From the IMG/VR virus record IMGVR_UViG_3300008255_000285, positions 1 to 34,946 of that record: a stretch of DNA of 34,946 nucleotides; one strand, 5' to 3'. The notes beneath the pieces are model-generated. The model did no database searches. It was not told where the DNA came from and saw only the letters and a list, made by a program, of their open reading frames with translations. Positions 34,625 through 34,946 of this stretch are shown here, in pieces (within the stretch, counting starts at the first letter, position 1; the number at the start of each line of letters is the position of its first letter). The position numbers were made by a program, and so were the translations under genes. The DNA comes from a virus. Taxonomy: Duplodnaviria; Caudoviricetes.

Positions 34625-34946
34625 TGTAGAGTACATGTAGAGTATAAGGAAACTTCATACTCTACGGCCAGAACCCGCGTCCCGCTTCGCTTCGAGGGGT
34701 GATGTAGAGTATGTAGAGTATGTAGAGTATGGTTCGGGTCTTCTAACATGTGTACGACGTTATGTACACCACCTACCTTCTTTTTAATTCTTATATGGAG
34801 GGGGAGGGTTCTATACTCTACATACTCTACACTAGTCTTCTCTGGCCCGTCCTTCTTCGCGCCAAGGGCGTAGAGTACGAGTATCTGGTCGTACTCTACG
34901 CATACTCTACATACTCTACATACTCTACATACTCTACATACTCTAC
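34625..34946. repeat. Iteron module B, a diverged duplicate of 2838-3125 that continues into 1-46
   Basis: Same order as module A: two iterons, CCCGCGTCC, 3x TGTAGAGTA, GGTTCG..TCTTCTAAC..ACGACGTTATGTAC, AATTCTTATAT, G-run, inverted iterons, hairpin 34868-34901. Confidence 0.85.

Noticed and set aside
34525-34749. 74-aa ORF with HTL repeats
   Set aside because: It is a translation of the 9-bp iterons.
1-34946. Integrase, repressor, phage RNA polymerase, tRNA, reverse transcriptase/DGR
   Set aside because: No diagnostic motifs recognised by eye; highly divergent versions cannot be fully excluded.

Overview
This window appears to be a complete, circularly assembled ~35 kb lytic podovirus-type genome; its first and last 46 nt are identical. 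It has two arms. The + strand arm (3.2-23 kb) carries terminase, portal, scaffold, capsid, T7-like tail tubes and internal virion proteins, a tail fibre and a Gram-negative lysis cassette. The - strand arm (2.2 kb to 0, then 34.5 to 23 kb) carries early and replication genes. No integrase, repressor, RNA polymerase, tRNA or CRISPR array was recognised. The main result is a complete 2-aminoadenine (Z-genome) module: purZ, a MazG-like mazZ with an extra Cys-rich tail, an HD-family datZ and a family A polymerase with a strongly altered O-helix, interleaved with uncharacterised genes. Other notable structures are two diverged ~300 bp origin-like modules built from a 9-bp iteron with covarying hairpins, a 19-bp inverted operator pair resembling alphaproteobacterial PhaR boxes next to the main early promoter, repeated GNRA hairpins upstream of the capsid gene, a SAR-like M15 endopeptidase, an E3-binding-like domain protein and apparent GATC/CCGG avoidance. 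All calls come from reading motifs and synteny by eye; no searches were run.
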